This document shows positions 61,450 to 64,000 of a DNA stretch of 64,000 nucleotides, in pieces. This DNA comes from Neoechinorhynchus agilis (Eukaryota; Animalia; Acanthocephala): positions 964,797-1,028,796 of the forward strand of contig CM121342.1 in NCBI GenBank assembly GCA_051530055.1, given 5' to 3'. A model generated the notes under the pieces. It saw only the letters and a program-made list of their open reading frames with translations. It did not search any database and was not told the origin of the DNA. Made by a program: the position numbers and the translations under genes. Within the stretch, counting starts at the first letter, position 1. Each line of letters opens with the position of its first letter.

Positions 61450-61855
61450 TGGACTCTCCCGGAACGACGGTAAACGCCCTGATGGAGAGACTCTCCTCCC
61501 ATGGTGCTCCGGGAAAATACTGGTTTGGGATTTTACCTGCTCCAACACGCTCGCATCATCCCACTTACGGGATGCCACCTCAAAGGCGGGAGCAGTCGCC
61601 AGCTTCAGCGTGGAAAAGAAGCGGCAGAAGTATTCCTCGCTCGATGGGCATCAATATATTTTCATCCCGATTGCGGTGGAAACACTTGGATGTCTCGGAA
61701 AAGAAGCCGATTATTTCCTCTCACGACTGGGAGGGATGCTAAAACATGCCACCAGCGATATGCGATCCAGGAGCTTCCTATTGCAGCGAATCAGCGCGGC
61801 GATTCAACGCGGCAATGCCGCGGCCATCAAGGAAGCTGCCGAACAAACATAACAT
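61450..61855 (+). mobile_element. CRE-clade RLE 3' fragment (family C), frame intact
   Basis: GKRPDGETLLPWCSGKILVWDFTC..KKRQKY..FIPIAVETLG..QRISAAIQRGNAA. Confidence 0.88.
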
Positions 61856-62094
61856 TTGAAGACAACAAATTGTAGCATCGAATGAATTGTCTTATTATTT
61901 TTACATGACGTATTTTTTATACTAATGTTGAACTTTAATTGTTAAAGAGTCGCATAACTTTCTTTAGTAGTTCTCAATACTTTAATAATGACTGATGAGG
62001 AGAGGCTATCTGGTTAAGTATTGGCGATTTGCCCACTGCTTCAGAGAACGAATTCAAATTTGCGGAATGTAGAGAACTTAATTTACCTTTTGAT

Positions 62095-62320
62095 AGCGAA
62101 TTATAATAAAAAAAAATTATATCTTTTTTTATAATTGACGCTTTGTTTTCAAACAAACGAAACAAACACACAACAACAAAACGTTCCAACAATCACCACC
62201 GCCCACGAAGAAGAGGCATCGCTCTCCCCTCAGTGGTCGCGACCACAATCGCTGCGTTTCCTCCTTGGATCGCTTTATTTGATAATTTTCGGCATCGCGT
62301 AGGCCGTCTTCAGTCTAGTT
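62095..62320 (-). mobile_element. Hammerhead-bearing pLTR split by a CRE 3'-end micro-insertion
   Basis: gcgaattataataa | about 165-bp insert (AIQGGNAAIVVATTEG..ggtggtgattg on -) | tttatttgataattttcgg..cttcagtc. Confidence 0.7.
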
Positions 62321-62749
62321 TTTAGAGTGACAGTCTTTTTTTCCGTCTCGGCAAAGATTTTCCTCGATGATATGTGGAAAAGCAGCCCATGTTCCCACAT
62401 TTGGCGTCTAGCCAAATTTATCTGCACTATTTTTGGATGAGTTGCGATTCACTTAAAGAGGGGATTTTGAGGTCGGTGACATGGAGAGGGGATTGAATTC
62501 TATTGATCATACTCGTAAGATTAAGATGACACAAGGCAGACCATCGGATTATCGGTCGTTTCTGAATTCGTTTTTCAAAGTTAATCAGATCACGGATTTC
62601 AGTTGGTATCGCAAAAAGGACAGTCACGCATCGAAAATTCCATTATCCTCGAATGATGAAACAAGCAATTTATGCTGAGATTCACATTACAGCAATAATT
62701 TGCATATCGTAATTATTGGAGAAACGATTGGCTCTAGACGGAATGAACG

Positions 62750-63330
62750 CAATTTTCGCTGATAATGGATAAGAGAAGCGATACCGAAAGATGATCTTTC
62801 ACTAAATCGATATGAAGGAAAATTGTAGTTTTTTTTACATATATTTCTTTTGATGAATTTCCACAAATATCGAAATGCTATTAAAAGATATTGGCAATGT
62901 CTGGATGTACCTACGTTTGTGAAACAGGATTATCTGGTCAAAAGTCAGTAGTTCAGCATATCACTAAAAAAAGTTAAAATCGTATTTCTCTGCTTGTTCA
63001 ATAGACATTCGTCGTCTGAATTGCTACTATTTTTGAAAATGTATTTACGTTTAATATTTTCATCGTAGCAAAAAATATGCAGTGATTGGGATGAGATGAG
63101 GGTGCAATACAGCTTTAAATAATTGAAATGCAACATAGTATTGATCTTCGTTAGAAACCCAAGCATACATTATCAATTCAGGTTTGGATGACATATATTT
63201 CTGGTGAATTTCTACAAATGGCGAGACGCCGCAAAAAGATATTAACAATTTTTGGAAGTACCTACGTTTGTGATACTGGATTAACTGGTCAAAAGTCAGC
63301 AGTTCTACACATCACTAAAAAAAGTAGAAG
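62750..63330 (+). mobile_element. Two tandem hAT transposase C-terminal (dimerisation domain) remnants
   Basis: EFPQ..KILAMSGCTYVCETG and EF..KILTIFGSTYVCDTG..ITKK, about 350 bp apart, fitting KILxxFxSTYxCExGFS. Confidence 0.65.
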
Positions 63331-63339
63331 ATGAGCTCC

Positions 63340-64000
63340 ATAGTGGCCTTTGAAAGGATAACTTCAATCCAGAATGGTCTCGACGACAAAGACGAGATGG
63401 CAATCACGATATCGCTCAAGAGAGTGTCAGCAATAAGAATTTGCATACCAGGCAAAGGATATTCTTTGGTAGCGGTGTACATGGAAGATTATCAGAACAG
63501 TGCTTTGAAACTTCTGAAGTCAGACAAATTTGAGAGGCTAGCAAAAGATACAGCGCGAAATATAGTCCAATTTTAACAGTTTACTTGGTAACTTGTAAAA
63601 CCAGTCTCTTAAAGTTCAACGATTCTCAAATATGACCAGATCATCATTAACTGCGGAACCGTTTCTCTGTCTCCTTCCGAAGATTCACGAGCCCGTCCCT
63701 CGATACCGTCTATTTATAGCTTCCTATATGTGTGTTAATCAGCGCTCATCCAAAAAGATCAATGCATTTTTAAGATTAATTTTACAAATCTCCGCTTCAC
63801 ACATTAAAGATGGTTTAACGTTTGCGATTGAGATTAGGAAAATAAACATTGTGCACTACAGAATGTTTACGGTCAATGTGAACATCCACTTCACCAATGT
63901 TTTCAGCCGACGTACTCACTAAGCATTGCAGCGAACAATGTTTGGACCTTGGTATGTGGCATTCTTAATCCAATGGTGCATGAGCATGACAGCCTTTGAA
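63340..64000 (+). mobile_element. Decayed Penelope RT, runs off window end
   Basis: Collinear with 38240-38935 (LLPKIHEP, SHIKDG, FTNV). Confidence 0.88.

Noticed and set aside
1-64000. Fanzor/TnpB, Cas, Polinton or other viral core genes
   Set aside because: No RuvC, pPolB, capsid or integrase motifs recognised in any frame provided or read by eye.

Overview
Eukaryotic, almost certainly animal, AT-rich window from a compact genome with very short GT-AG introns (mostly about 40-55 nt); the taxon cannot be fixed from sequence alone. Recognisable host genes: RTEL1 (5' part), tRNA-Ser(AGA), DAP3/mS29, TMED2, WD40-type ORFs, three tightly packed collagen-C1q genes, a Gln-rich protein, a tetraspanin-like protein, ALKBH6 and CARNMT1. 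Manual splicing reveals a family missing from the ORF track: four Cys-rich stefin/cystatin-like genes with stefin-type intron positions but no intact QxVxG loop, plus two more distant relatives. Between genes lie many decayed retroelements: CRE-clade RT-RLE elements of at least three families, Penelope-like elements with minimal hammerhead ribozyme motifs (about nine motifs, some as inverted pairs), L2/CR1 pieces and hAT remnants. There is also a 13-copy 293-bp tandem array and two tRNA-like Pol III-type structured elements. Splice acceptors just upstream of most start codons, plus 48-68 nt gaps between the C1q genes, suggest SL trans-splicing and operons (inference). All protein identifications are by eye from remembered family motifs; no searches were run.
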